From assembly GCA_937863565.1 (NCBI GenBank), contig CALMGJ010000019.1, positions 1 through 37,491 of the forward strand: a stretch of DNA of 37,491 bases, given 5' to 3'. Shown here one piece after another: positions 11,461 through 20,361 of the stretch. The DNA is from an uncultured bacterium (lineage in GTDB: Bacteria > AUK180). Each line of letters starts with the position of its first letter. Positions within the stretch are counted from its first letter, which is position 1. The position numbers and the translations under genes are program-made. The notes beneath the pieces were generated by a model. It was not told the origin of the DNA, ran no database searches, and worked only from the letters and a program-made list of their open reading frames with translations.

Positions 11461-12351
11461 ATGAAAAGATGGATAATATTGCTGGCAATACTATGCCTAT
11501 CATTCCCGATTGTAGCAGAAAAAATTACAATAGATGAGAATAAAGCCGAGATTGTTATCACCGACAATGTAATTCCTATTGTATATCGGGGCAGTACCTG
11601 CAGCGCGAAATTCTTTCCGGACACGATCCTGGAAATAACGAAGATATTTAAAAGAATAATCGAATATTATCCGGATGCAGATTTCAAGAAGATAAGCCAC
11701 CTCATTAACGAAGAAAACCCCATCATCATAGCTGAGATCGCGCCTGCTCCGGTCAGAGGGAAATATGGTTTAATTAAAGAATATAAAGGCGAACCGCTTA
11801 TGATGACCTCTATTATTTTCTATCATGTCAAAGGGATATTGGATATGAGTACCAGTTGGATGAATACAGATATTATTTTGTCGCACCTCATTTTATTCAA
11901 CGGGGATCTTGCATTATTCGAAAAGATGATATATGAATTCATCTCTTTTAACATTGCGTTGACCGAGGTTAAGGGGGCGCCATATAACCAGTATTACACC
12001 CTGTCGGAGTATTTCGATATGATCGAATTGCACAAGAAAGACATCCGATTTATAAGTGAAACGGACAAAAACGCAAGCGGCATCCTTGTAAATACCTATA
12101 TTCGCGGCAGTATCTTACCTGTTGTGCTCTATTTGCAGAAGGTTGGCAGTAAAGGATCTGATGAAATAATTGAAGTGCTGTTAAACGAATATCAAAGGCT
12201 AAATGCAAAAAAGAAAGTAAGGCAAAAAGATATCAGAGCTAGCCTTAACAGGATATTCGGGATTGACATTTGGCCAATAATGTTGGATTTTGAAAAATTC
12301 TGGGATGATAATAAAAACATACTTTGGGAACACATTTTAGAAGAATTATAA
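11461..12351 (+). CDS. exported protein, possibly a degenerate gluzincin/M1-like fold
   Basis: SD GGGAGG (11447-11452) favours ATG 11461 over 11419; signal peptide MKRWIILLAILCLSFPIVA. Confidence 0.75.
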   Translation: MKRWIILLAILCLSFPIVAEKITIDENKAEIVITDNVIPIVYRGSTCSAKFFPDTILEITKIFKRIIEYYPDADFKKISHLINEENPIIIAEIAPAPVRGKYGLIKEYKGEPLMMTSIIFYHVKGILDMSTSWMNTDIILSHLILFNGDLALFEKMIYEFISFNIALTEVKGAPYNQYYTLSEYFDMIELHKKDIRFISETDKNASGILVNTYIRGSILPVVLYLQKVGSKGSDEIIEVLLNEYQRLNAKKKVRQKDIRASLNRIFGIDIWPIMLDFEKFWDDNKNILWEHILEEL

Positions 12352-12501
12352 AAGAATAAGTACGATAATTAGCAAAATTTACCGGAGAGGGGAAGTATCT
12401 AAAAGTGTGCTGCGGGACACTGCGAAGATCCGGGCTCGGGAGCTCTTGAAAGCCGCGAAGGAAAAAGCCCGGGCAAAAGTCTGAAAAATCAGGGAAATTA
12501 T

Positions 12502-12530
12502 TTGTATTAACGGGCAAAATATGCTAAAAT
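12502..12530 (+). promoter_or_regulatory. putative sigma70 promoter of the oxidative-stress operon
   Basis: TTGTAT (12502-12507), 17 nt, TAAAAT (12525-12530) preceded by TGC; SD AAGGAG at 12543-12548. Confidence 0.6.
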
Positions 12531-12553
12531 TACATACAACCTAAGGAGTTGTG

Positions 12554-13723
12554 TTGAAGGCCGTCAAGATCAAGGACAATGTTTACTGGGTCGGAGCCGT
12601 CGACTGGACACTTCGGAATTTCCACGGCTATGTAACGGAAAGCGGGTCCACCTATAATGCATATCTCATAACCGGTGAAAAGAATATCCTTATCGATACC
12701 GTAAAAGCGCATCTGTTCGAGGAAATGTCGGCCCGCATCAAAACGGTGATCCCTCTTGAAAAGCTAGATCTTCTCATTTCGAATCATGTGGAGATGGACC
12801 ATTCGGGAGGCATCCCGGAGCTTTTGAAGGCAGTCCCCGGGCTTAAGGTACTGACCTCTCCGCAGGGTGTGGCAGGTCTGAAACTCCACTACGGGGAAGA
12901 GCTGAACTGCGAACCGGCGCCTCCCGGCTACAAGCTCGATGCAGGCAGATACCGGTTCTCCTTTCTTCCGACGCCGATGGTACACTGGCCCGACAATATG
13001 CTTACATATCTCGAAGAGGAGAAGATACTATTTTCAAACGATGCTTTCGGACAACACTATGCCTCATCCGGACGCTTCGATGATGAAGTATGCCTCCACA
13101 AAGCGCTTGCCGAAGCTAAGAAATATTATGCGAACATCGTCCTTCCTTACGGCAAACAAGTGCGCGACGCGCTTGCGGCCGCATCGAAACTCGATATCAA
13201 GACCATCGCCCCGAGTCACGGCATCATCTGGCGCGGACAAATACCGGAAATACTAAAACGGTACGGGAAGTGGTCCGCCTATGAGAACGACGGGTCGGCC
13301 TGCATCGTTTACGATTCGATGTGGCATTCCACCGAGAAAATGGCCCGTGCGGCATATGCGGGTTTCGTAAGGGCCGGTATAAAAACGCGGATATTCGATC
13401 TGAAATGTGATCATATATCCAATATTATGACCGATGTCATGACGGCGAAATATCTGGCCGTGGGTTCGCCCACCCTCAACAATAATATGCTCCCGACTGC
13501 CGCGGCTTTTTTAACATATATGAAAGGGCTCGCCCCTCAGGGAAAAACGGTCTTTGCTTTCGGAAGCTACGGGTGGGGCGGACAGAGCGTCGCGCAGGTT
13601 GAAGAGATTTTCAAAGAGCTTAAATTTGAAACGCTACTGCCTGGGGTCCGCATCAAGTACATTCCGGGAGAAGAAGAACTAAAAAAGATAGAGAACGCCA
13701 TTTACGAAAAAATAAAAAAATAG
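12554..13723 (+). CDS. fprA: flavodiiron protein (A-type flavoprotein, O2/NO reductase)
   Basis: GSTYNAYLI, NHVEMDHSG, HWPD, FSNDAFGQH, APSHG, flavodoxin YDSMWHSTE and FGSYGWGG; TTG 12554 is better spaced from the SD than GTG 12551. Confidence 0.96.
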   Translation: MKAVKIKDNVYWVGAVDWTLRNFHGYVTESGSTYNAYLITGEKNILIDTVKAHLFEEMSARIKTVIPLEKLDLLISNHVEMDHSGGIPELLKAVPGLKVLTSPQGVAGLKLHYGEELNCEPAPPGYKLDAGRYRFSFLPTPMVHWPDNMLTYLEEEKILFSNDAFGQHYASSGRFDDEVCLHKALAEAKKYYANIVLPYGKQVRDALAAASKLDIKTIAPSHGIIWRGQIPEILKRYGKWSAYENDGSACIVYDSMWHSTEKMARAAYAGFVRAGIKTRIFDLKCDHISNIMTDVMTAKYLAVGSPTLNNNMLPTAAAFLTYMKGLAPQGKTVFAFGSYGWGGQSVAQVEEIFKELKFETLLPGVRIKYIPGEEELKKIENAIYEKIKK

Positions 13724-13731
13724 GAGGATAT

Positions 13732-14226
13732 ATGATCTCAAAAGAGATGGAAAAAACGATCAATGAACAGATCAAATTCGAGTTTTATTCGGGCTATGTG
13801 TATCTTGCCATGGCCGCATATTTCGATGCCAATGATCTGCCGGGTTTTGCCGCGTGGTTCAAAGCACAATCGCAGGAAGAGTACAAACATGCGATGCGTT
13901 TCTATGATTATGTCTATGAACGGGGCGGTAAAGTCGCACTTGAGGCCATCGATAAGCCGAAAAGCGATTATAAATCGCTCAAGGACATCATCGAGATGGC
14001 GCTCCATCACGAGGAAGCGGTCACCCGGCTCATATACAAGATGGTTGAACTTGCCCGCGAAATGAAGGATTATATGACGGAGAATATGCTTGCCTGGTTC
14101 GTTGCGGAACAGGTGGAGGAAGAAGCGAATATGCAGACCCTCTTGAACAGACTGGAAAGAGTGAAGGATTCCGGGAACGGACTTATCATGCTGGATAAAG
14201 AGCTCGGAAAAAGAAAGGAAGGTTAG
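13732..14226 (+). CDS. ftnA: non-heme ferritin
   Basis: NEQIKFEFYS..YLAMA, EEYKHAMRF, WFVAEQVEEE, LDKELG; SD AGGAGG. Confidence 0.95.
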   Translation: MISKEMEKTINEQIKFEFYSGYVYLAMAAYFDANDLPGFAAWFKAQSQEEYKHAMRFYDYVYERGGKVALEAIDKPKSDYKSLKDIIEMALHHEEAVTRLIYKMVELAREMKDYMTENMLAWFVAEQVEEEANMQTLLNRLERVKDSGNGLIMLDKELGKRKEG

Positions 14227-14237
14227 GGAGGCATGCT

Positions 14238-14621
14238 ATGGCGAAATTAAGAGAACTGTTCAAATGTAATGTGTGCGGCCATATCGTTTTGATCGTCAAT
14301 GAAGGTGCCGGGACGCTCGTATGCTGCGGACAGAACATGGAACACCTTGCCGAAAAGACGGAAGACCAGGGAAATGAAAAACATGTGCCCATTATCGAAA
14401 AGGCGGATGCCGGCATCATCGTTAAGGTTGGAAGCGTGCCCCATCCGATGGAGGAAAAACATTTCATCAATTTCATAGAAGTGATCACGACCTGCGGGAA
14501 AAGCTCGATCGCGCATCTCAAACCCGGCGATAAGCCCGAGGTGAAATTCTGCGTTCCCTACGATAAAGTGGCCTTTGTAAGGGAATACTGCAATCTTCAC
14601 GGCCTCTGGAAGAGCAGATAG
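14238..14621 (+). CDS. dfx: desulfoferrodoxin (2Fe superoxide reductase)
   Basis: CNVCG...LVCCG desulforedoxin domain; EKHVP, HPMEEKHFI, CNLHGLW active-site motifs. Confidence 0.96.
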   Translation: MAKLRELFKCNVCGHIVLIVNEGAGTLVCCGQNMEHLAEKTEDQGNEKHVPIIEKADAGIIVKVGSVPHPMEEKHFINFIEVITTCGKSSIAHLKPGDKPEVKFCVPYDKVAFVREYCNLHGLWKSR

Positions 14622-15158
14622 ATGGATAAGTCCGCTCTGTACAAGATTGGCTACGGCATCTATATCGTTTCCTCGGAAAAGGAAGGCAAATACAATGCTC
14701 AGACGGCGAACACGGTATTCCAGATCACGTCCGATCCGCCGAGAGTGGCTGTTTCCATAAATAAAAGCAATCTTACGTGGGAATACATCAAGGCTTCCGG
14801 TAGATTCGGAGTATCCGTCGTGGCACAGGATGCTCCGCTTAAAATGATCGGACGTTTCGGCTTCAGAAGCGGAAGGGAACTTGATAAATTTGAGGGTATT
14901 TCTCATAAATTGAGCGAAACGATGAAGTTGCCCGTCATTATGGAAAATACGGTTGGGTATTTCGAGGCGGAAGTAGAAGGGGAGTACGATGCGGGAACCC
15001 ATACCGTATTCTTCGGCATCGTAAAGGATTCTTTTGCTATCTCGGATGCGGAACCGATAAGCTACGCTTATTATCACAAAGTGAAAAAGGGGAATGAGCC
15101 GAAGACCGCCCCCACTTTCAGGGCAGAAGAAAAAAATAAAGGAGTGAACAATGGATAA
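14622..15158 (+). CDS. flavin reductase family protein (like the N-terminal domain of Hrb)
   Basis: [51 protein letters not shown]. Confidence 0.92.
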   Translation: MDKSALYKIGYGIYIVSSEKEGKYNAQTANTVFQITSDPPRVAVSINKSNLTWEYIKASGRFGVSVVAQDAPLKMIGRFGFRSGRELDKFEGISHKLSETMKLPVIMENTVGYFEAEVEGEYDAGTHTVFFGIVKDSFAISDAEPISYAYYHKVKKGNEPKTAPTFRAEEKNKGVNNG

Positions 15159-15315
15159 ATACGTGTGCGAAGTATGCGGGTATACTTATGATCCCGCGGA
15201 CGGTGACGAGGACGGGAAGATCGCGCCGGGAACGGCTTTCGAAGACCTTCCGGACGATTGGGTCTGCCCGGTCTGCGGCGTTGGCAAAGACCAGTTCAAG
15301 AAGATGGAAGAGTAA
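15151..15315 (+). CDS. rubredoxin, 54 aa (absent from the ORF track)
   Basis: Hand translation: [54 protein letters not shown]; two CxxCG motifs; SD AAGGAG at 15139-15144. Confidence 0.97.
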   Translation: MDKYVCEVCGYTYDPADGDEDGKIAPGTAFEDLPDDWVCPVCGVGKDQFKKMEE

Positions 15316-15320
15316 AAAAA

Positions 15321-15800
15321 ATGACGGACCTTTGCGAAATAGTGCTTGATGCCATAAGAGCGGAAATAGAATCAATGAAATTCTACGAAAAGCTTGCGGC
15401 GGCAACGAAGAACTTTCTTCTGAGAGATAAACTCGCGTTTCTTGCCAGCGAGGAGAACTCGCATAAAAGAACGCTCCACAAATTGCTCCGTGACATCGCT
15501 CCGGAAAAAACGGAGGGATACGAGAACAGGATCGCGGGAATACTTGCGGAAGAATTTAAAGAACCTTTCGAAGGGACGGTCTCGGACCTTCTTTTCAAAG
15601 CCGCCGATTTTGAAAAGCGTTCTTCGGATTTCTACAGGGAGAAGGCTAAGCTTTTTGAGAAAGAAGGTCAGAAGATGATCTTTTTCTACTTAAGCGTATT
15701 AGAGGACGAGCACTATGCGATCCTGATGAAGCAGTACGGATTCTATAAAGAGAACGAGAAATTCGAGGATTACAATGAATTTATACATCTCGGACCATAA
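15321..15800 (+). CDS. rubrerythrin-like ferritin-superfamily diiron protein (no rubredoxin domain)
   Basis: AIRAEIESMKFY, EENSH, FEKRSSDFY, EDEH; ATG 15321 follows the rubredoxin stop. Confidence 0.88.
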   Translation: MTDLCEIVLDAIRAEIESMKFYEKLAAATKNFLLRDKLAFLASEENSHKRTLHKLLRDIAPEKTEGYENRIAGILAEEFKEPFEGTVSDLLFKAADFEKRSSDFYREKAKLFEKEGQKMIFFYLSVLEDEHYAILMKQYGFYKENEKFEDYNEFIHLGP

Positions 15801-15816
15801 AAGAGGGGGGTAGAAA

Positions 15817-16194
15817 ATGGAAGAAAAGAAAAAAATACTCATCATCGATGATGAAAAGGACGTCGTTGATCTCTGCAAGGACATCCTTGAAGGGGAGGGT
15901 TTCGAGGTCGATTACGCTCTGACGGGCAAGGAAGGGATAAAGAAAACGCTTCAGCATGATTATGAGCTGATACTTCTTGATATCATGCTCCCGGAGATGG
16001 ACGGCTGGGAGATCATCGAAGTGCTGCGGCTGAACGAGAAAACCAAAATGATCCCGATCGCCATGTTCACGGCAAAAACGGAGTTCAAGAACAAGATACT
16101 CGGCATTCAACAGGGCGCAATCGATTATATCACCAAACCTTTCAGCCCCGAAGAGATCATCTACAGGGTTAAACGCATCCTGAACGAGGCATGA
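15817..16194 (+). CDS. single-domain response regulator (receiver)
   Basis: ILIIDDE, LLDIMLPEMDG, FTAK, DYITKPFS; no output domain. Confidence 0.95.
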   Translation: MEEKKKILIIDDEKDVVDLCKDILEGEGFEVDYALTGKEGIKKTLQHDYELILLDIMLPEMDGWEIIEVLRLNEKTKMIPIAMFTAKTEFKNKILGIQQGAIDYITKPFSPEEIIYRVKRILNEA

Positions 16195-16434
16195 GAGCCC
16201 CGCCCTTTTTCAGAACACCGCGAATGTTCGCCGAGGAACATATAAAAATATACAGGGGATTTGGAATTTTAAGGACAAAAAGCGCCCATCATCGTCCGCA
16301 GCGCCCGTTATACTCCTTAAATGCTCTATTCTTGGGCTGTAAAAATGGGTTTTAAACTGGCATATTAAATGCAGAAATAAAGGCATGAAAACGGAATATT
16401 TTCACAAGAACTTAATAAAACCTGGAGGGTTGTT

Positions 16435-17256
16435 ATGAAAAAACTACTCGTGATCCTGGCCGTAATAATAGCAGCGGCCAGCACATTTGCCATTGATGAC
16501 CAGATCAAGGCTGCCGTAGAAGAGCAGATCGGCTCAGGCAGGATCGACTGGGAGAATGGCATCGTTATTGCGACCGGCTACGGCGCCTACAATCTTGAAG
16601 ACAAGAACATAGGCCGGGGCCGGCTTATGGCGCTCCGCGCTGCCGAACTCGATGCGAAAAGGAATCTCCTCGAAACGCTCGAAGGCGTGAGGATCTCATC
16701 CGAGACCATCGTGAAGAACTTCCAAACGGAAAATGACGTGATCTATTCCAGAATGGACGGCTTCATCAAGGGCGCAAGGAGATACGGGGAAGAAAGATAC
16801 AATTCCGACGGCACTGTTGAAGTTGACATCGCTGTTCCCCTCTTCGGCGAAAAAGGCCTTTTCGGACTGATCTCGCCTTCGTTCCAGTTCGGCGATATCG
16901 CCGTTCCCGATATCAGGGACGTAGCTTACACAGGGCTGGTGGTCATCGTTAAAGACGAGAACGCCAAGCCTATGATGGCACCCAAGATCGTGAACGAGAA
17001 CGGTGATGTGATCTATGCCGCCGAATTCGTCAATAAGGATTATGCCATAAAAATGGGCATTGTCGGGTATGCCACAGATATCGAAAAAGCGAAGAAAAAC
17101 GACAGGGTCACCGACAAACCCCTCGTTTTAAACGCGGTCAAGGTCACCGGGGACAATGTGGTGATCTCCAATGCCGATGCCGACAAGCTCGGCAAACTCA
17201 AAGATAAACTCACGTTCATCCAGCAGTGCAGGGTGATGTTCGTGCTTTCCTATTAA
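16435..17256 (+). CDS. exported LPP20/FlgP-like domain protein
   Basis: SD GGAGG; SPI signal peptide; ATGYG...RLMALRAAELDAKRNLLETLEGVRISSETIV...GFIKGA pattern of LPP20/FlgP-type domains. Confidence 0.75.
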   Translation: MKKLLVILAVIIAAASTFAIDDQIKAAVEEQIGSGRIDWENGIVIATGYGAYNLEDKNIGRGRLMALRAAELDAKRNLLETLEGVRISSETIVKNFQTENDVIYSRMDGFIKGARRYGEERYNSDGTVEVDIAVPLFGEKGLFGLISPSFQFGDIAVPDIRDVAYTGLVVIVKDENAKPMMAPKIVNENGDVIYAAEFVNKDYAIKMGIVGYATDIEKAKKNDRVTDKPLVLNAVKVTGDNVVISNADADKLGKLKDKLTFIQQCRVMFVLSY

Positions 17257-17266
17257 GGAGTGAAAT

Positions 17267-18412
17267 ATGAAAAGGAATACAATACTCGTTATCATCGCGG
17301 CCCTGTTCCTCGTTTTTACGGCGTGCAAGAAACAGGTGATCAAACCGGAATCGATACTTGATACTCCGGAGAACCATTACAGGATGGGCGTCAGGCTCCT
17401 TGACAAGGACGCGCTCGAGGATGCCAATTCCGAATTTGACAGATGCATCGGCATGGACAAGAAATCCGAGTGGGGATATCTCGGAAAGGCCCTGTATTTC
17501 GGCAAGAAGGGCGATTTTAAAATGGCCGGAAAAAACATAGAAAAAGCGGTAAAACTCAGCAAGAAAGCCACGCCGGTCCAGATCGTGAAAGCTCGTCTCA
17601 TCGTAATGGCGAAAGGAGATAAATGGCTGGAGAACGCCGAGAAGATCTTTGCGGAGATCCTGAAAAAGGAAGCCGGCAATGCCGAAGCGCATTTCTATCT
17701 CGCCATGGCCTACAGAGAGGCATTCGAATTCGGCAAAGCGGCCGATTCCTTTAAAAAGGTCATCGAAATACCCAATAATGAATATATCGAGGAAGCGGAC
17801 AGGGAATGGAAACTGATGAGCGATATTCAAAGGGCGATGCCCGGAACGAAATTCGGCAAACAGATCGCTCTGCGCCCGAAGATCGACAGGTCAGATTTCG
17901 CCGTGCTTCTTTCCGAAGAGTTCAAACTTGCCGAAGTCATCAAGAAAAGAAGACCCAAGATATATGATAATTCTTTCAAAACCCCCGAACAGCTCACGAA
18001 GCAGGGGACCGAGAAAGGCAAGATCCCTCCCGATGCCGAAAAACACTGGGCAAAGAACTGGATCGTTGAAGTGATGCAGCTTGATCTTCGCGGCCTTAAA
18101 ATATTCCCGGACGGGAATTTCAATCCCGATATGTTCATGACAAGGGCCAATTTTGCACAGACCGTTGAAGACCTCATCGTGCTCATCGATAATGATACCT
18201 CGGTCACGAAAAAATACATAGGGGAAAATTCCCATTTTCCGGATGTGAGAAGCGATTATTTCGCCTACAATTCGATAGCGCTGTGCGTGGACAGAGGCAT
18301 TCTTGCGGTAAAAGACCTCCGCGGAGAATTCGGCCCGGAAGATACCATATCCGGCGCGGAAGCACTGCTTGCCATAAGGGCGCTTCAGAATTCACTCAGA
18401 CTCACATTCTGA
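17267..18412 (+). CDS. TPR + S-layer homology (SLH) domain lipoprotein
   Basis: Lipobox FTAC; N-terminal TPRs; SLH repeats PPDAEKHWA...FPDGNFNPDMFMTRANFA and FPDVRSDYFAY...GEFGPEDTISGAEA. Confidence 0.85.
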   Translation: MKRNTILVIIAALFLVFTACKKQVIKPESILDTPENHYRMGVRLLDKDALEDANSEFDRCIGMDKKSEWGYLGKALYFGKKGDFKMAGKNIEKAVKLSKKATPVQIVKARLIVMAKGDKWLENAEKIFAEILKKEAGNAEAHFYLAMAYREAFEFGKAADSFKKVIEIPNNEYIEEADREWKLMSDIQRAMPGTKFGKQIALRPKIDRSDFAVLLSEEFKLAEVIKKRRPKIYDNSFKTPEQLTKQGTEKGKIPPDAEKHWAKNWIVEVMQLDLRGLKIFPDGNFNPDMFMTRANFAQTVEDLIVLIDNDTSVTKKYIGENSHFPDVRSDYFAYNSIALCVDRGILAVKDLRGEFGPEDTISGAEALLAIRALQNSLRLTF

Positions 18413-18424
18413 TAGAGGGGTACT

Positions 18425-19576
18425 ATGAAAAGATTTGCGGCAATTCTCATTCTCATTCTCGGAATTGCCTTGGCGGCTGAGCCCTCGTTATCCGGCGACA
18501 TCGAAGAGATAACCACCGAAGGATACGGGAACATCTTTCAGGGCGAAAAACTGATCGCGCGCGACGTGGCTATCAAAGACGCTCTGCGCGTGGCGGTGGA
18601 ACAGGTCGTGGGAACGCTGATAACCTCTCAGAGCAAAACGGAGAACTATCAGCTGATAAGCGACGAGATCTATTCTAAGGCTCAGGGTTATGTGGAAAAA
18701 TACGAGATCGTCTCCGAATCCGCTCAGGGCGATACTTATAAGGTAACCGTCAAAGCGCTCGTTTCGAAAGCGGGCATAAAGGATAAATTATCCGCCCTCA
18801 GGCTGCTTCTCGTTCAGGAGAATATGCCCAGGGTCGTAGTTTTCCTGAAGCAGAACCTCTACGGCGACGGATGGAACATGTATTACGATAATTCGTCCAT
18901 TGCAGAGGAGCTCATTCAGAAACAACTTCTTTCCAAAGGGTTCTTCATCATCGATAAGACCCAGCGGGCGGCGAATCTCGACCGCGCAGCCGTTCAATCG
19001 GCCATTGAAGGCGATGCCGCATCCGCCCAGAAGATCGCGATGTTCTACAATGCCGATCTGATCATTACGGGCACTGTTGTGGGGAACACGCAGGAGCAGA
19101 ACCTCTACGGCGGCTTTCTTTCGGCTTCCGTCGATATGGCTATTAAGGTGATAAAAAGCGATACGGCAGAGATCATCGCCGTTCAGTCAAAGAACCATAA
19201 GCTCGCTCCCGTCTCCGATAAGGTCACCGGGATCAATAAGGCGATGGAACTTCTCGTTCCCAAGATCATTGATGCCCTGACCGAAGATGTTATGGCTAAA
19301 TGGTCAAGCGGTTCGAGAATGGTCCACATCACTCTCAAAGGCATCACATACACCAATTACAATAAATTCGCCGGTTTCATCTCCGAGCGGATCCGCATGG
19401 TGGATAAAGTGTATAAAAGAGGGTTCACGAGCGGGGTTGCGGAGATGGACCTTGAAACGAGGAAAAACGCCGAGGAGATCGCTGAGGAATTGAGCCTAAG
19501 AGAGAAAGATATGCCTTTTGCTGTCGAGATAATGGACGTGACGAGGGATTCGATCACGCTGAAAAAGGTACAATGA
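18425..19576 (+). CDS. exported FlgT N-terminal-domain protein with CsgG/TolB_N-like middle domain
   Basis: ARDVAIKDALRVAVEQVVGTLITSQS...KAQGYVEKYEIVSE...YKVTVKALV (FlgT_N-like); PRVVV...LLSKGF.IID...ADLIITG...IKSDTAEIIA. Confidence 0.75.
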   Translation: MKRFAAILILILGIALAAEPSLSGDIEEITTEGYGNIFQGEKLIARDVAIKDALRVAVEQVVGTLITSQSKTENYQLISDEIYSKAQGYVEKYEIVSESAQGDTYKVTVKALVSKAGIKDKLSALRLLLVQENMPRVVVFLKQNLYGDGWNMYYDNSSIAEELIQKQLLSKGFFIIDKTQRAANLDRAAVQSAIEGDAASAQKIAMFYNADLIITGTVVGNTQEQNLYGGFLSASVDMAIKVIKSDTAEIIAVQSKNHKLAPVSDKVTGINKAMELLVPKIIDALTEDVMAKWSSGSRMVHITLKGITYTNYNKFAGFISERIRMVDKVYKRGFTSGVAEMDLETRKNAEEIAEELSLREKDMPFAVEIMDVTRDSITLKKVQ

Positions 19577-19577
19577 A

Positions 19578-20354
19578 ATGACCCGGCGTATTGCTGTCAT
19601 CGTTCTTCTCATTTGCTGTTTTCTGGTCAAGGGCCAGGATGGCGCCCCCGCCGATCAGCCGTTCGGGAAAGTCAATTTCATAACGGGAAAAGCCTATCTC
19701 TCGTTCCCAAAGAGCCTTGAGAAAAAGGAACTTGTTGCCGGCATGGATATACCTATGAACGCAACGGTGGAGACGAAGGACGCGGCCCGTCTTGAGATCA
19801 AGACGAATGATAACCATTTCGTACGCCTGTGGGAAAAGACGATCATAAGCTGCTTCTCCGTGAACGTATCGAATATAAAGGATCCCGATAAAGCGAAGAT
19901 AGTGATCAGTGTAAAGGTCGGTAAGATCTGGAACAATATGCTAAAGGACGCCACAGCTTCCCGCTATGAGGTTTCAACACCGCAGGGAGTATGCGGAGTA
20001 AGAGGCACCATTTATAATTCCGGCGTGGACGGCGAAGGTAATACCGAGGTTATGGTCTTTGAAGGCGAGGTGGCCGTCAATCCCGTCACCGAAGAGATAA
20101 AAACGTCCTTCCAGAAGACCTTCGGGCAGTCTTACAGGATAGAAAAACCGTTCCAGAGGATCAAAAAACCATATCAGCAGGTTACGAAGGAACAGTGGGA
20201 AATGGTCGTGAAGTCGATGCAGAGGATATACATTTCGGCATCCGGAGAAAGGACCCAGAATGAATTCTCGCTGGAAGAATACGCGGAAGACGCCTTTACC
20301 AAGTGGAACCGCGAACTTGACTCTAAAGTAGAACGGACACCGGAAAAAGAATAA
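19578..20354 (+). CDS. exported FecR-domain protein
   Basis: Signal peptide; VET..AARLEI...VRLWEKT, GKIW, VSTPQGVCGVRGT, VMVFEGEVAV. Confidence 0.85.
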   Translation: MTRRIAVIVLLICCFLVKGQDGAPADQPFGKVNFITGKAYLSFPKSLEKKELVAGMDIPMNATVETKDAARLEIKTNDNHFVRLWEKTIISCFSVNVSNIKDPDKAKIVISVKVGKIWNNMLKDATASRYEVSTPQGVCGVRGTIYNSGVDGEGNTEVMVFEGEVAVNPVTEEIKTSFQKTFGQSYRIEKPFQRIKKPYQQVTKEQWEMVVKSMQRIYISASGERTQNEFSLEEYAEDAFTKWNRELDSKVERTPEKE

Positions 20355-20361
20355 GCTTTTG

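Noticed and set aside
12400-12480. Riboswitch or ncRNA upstream of fprA (CCGGGCT/AGCCCGG stem)
   Set aside because: No recognisable aptamer consensus, and it lies upstream of the predicted promoter.
15125-15160. Frameshift at A7 fusing flavin reductase and rubredoxin into Hrb
   Set aside because: TGA at 15145-15147 is in the rubredoxin frame, and the rubredoxin has its own SD.
15258-15320. ORF-track N-terminal extension of the rubrerythrin-like gene
   Set aside because: It overlaps the rubredoxin gene; ATG 15321 is the sensible start.
16435-19576. Calling these genes flagellar flgP/flgT
   Set aside because: Only domain-level resemblance and no flagellar context, so no gene symbols were assigned.
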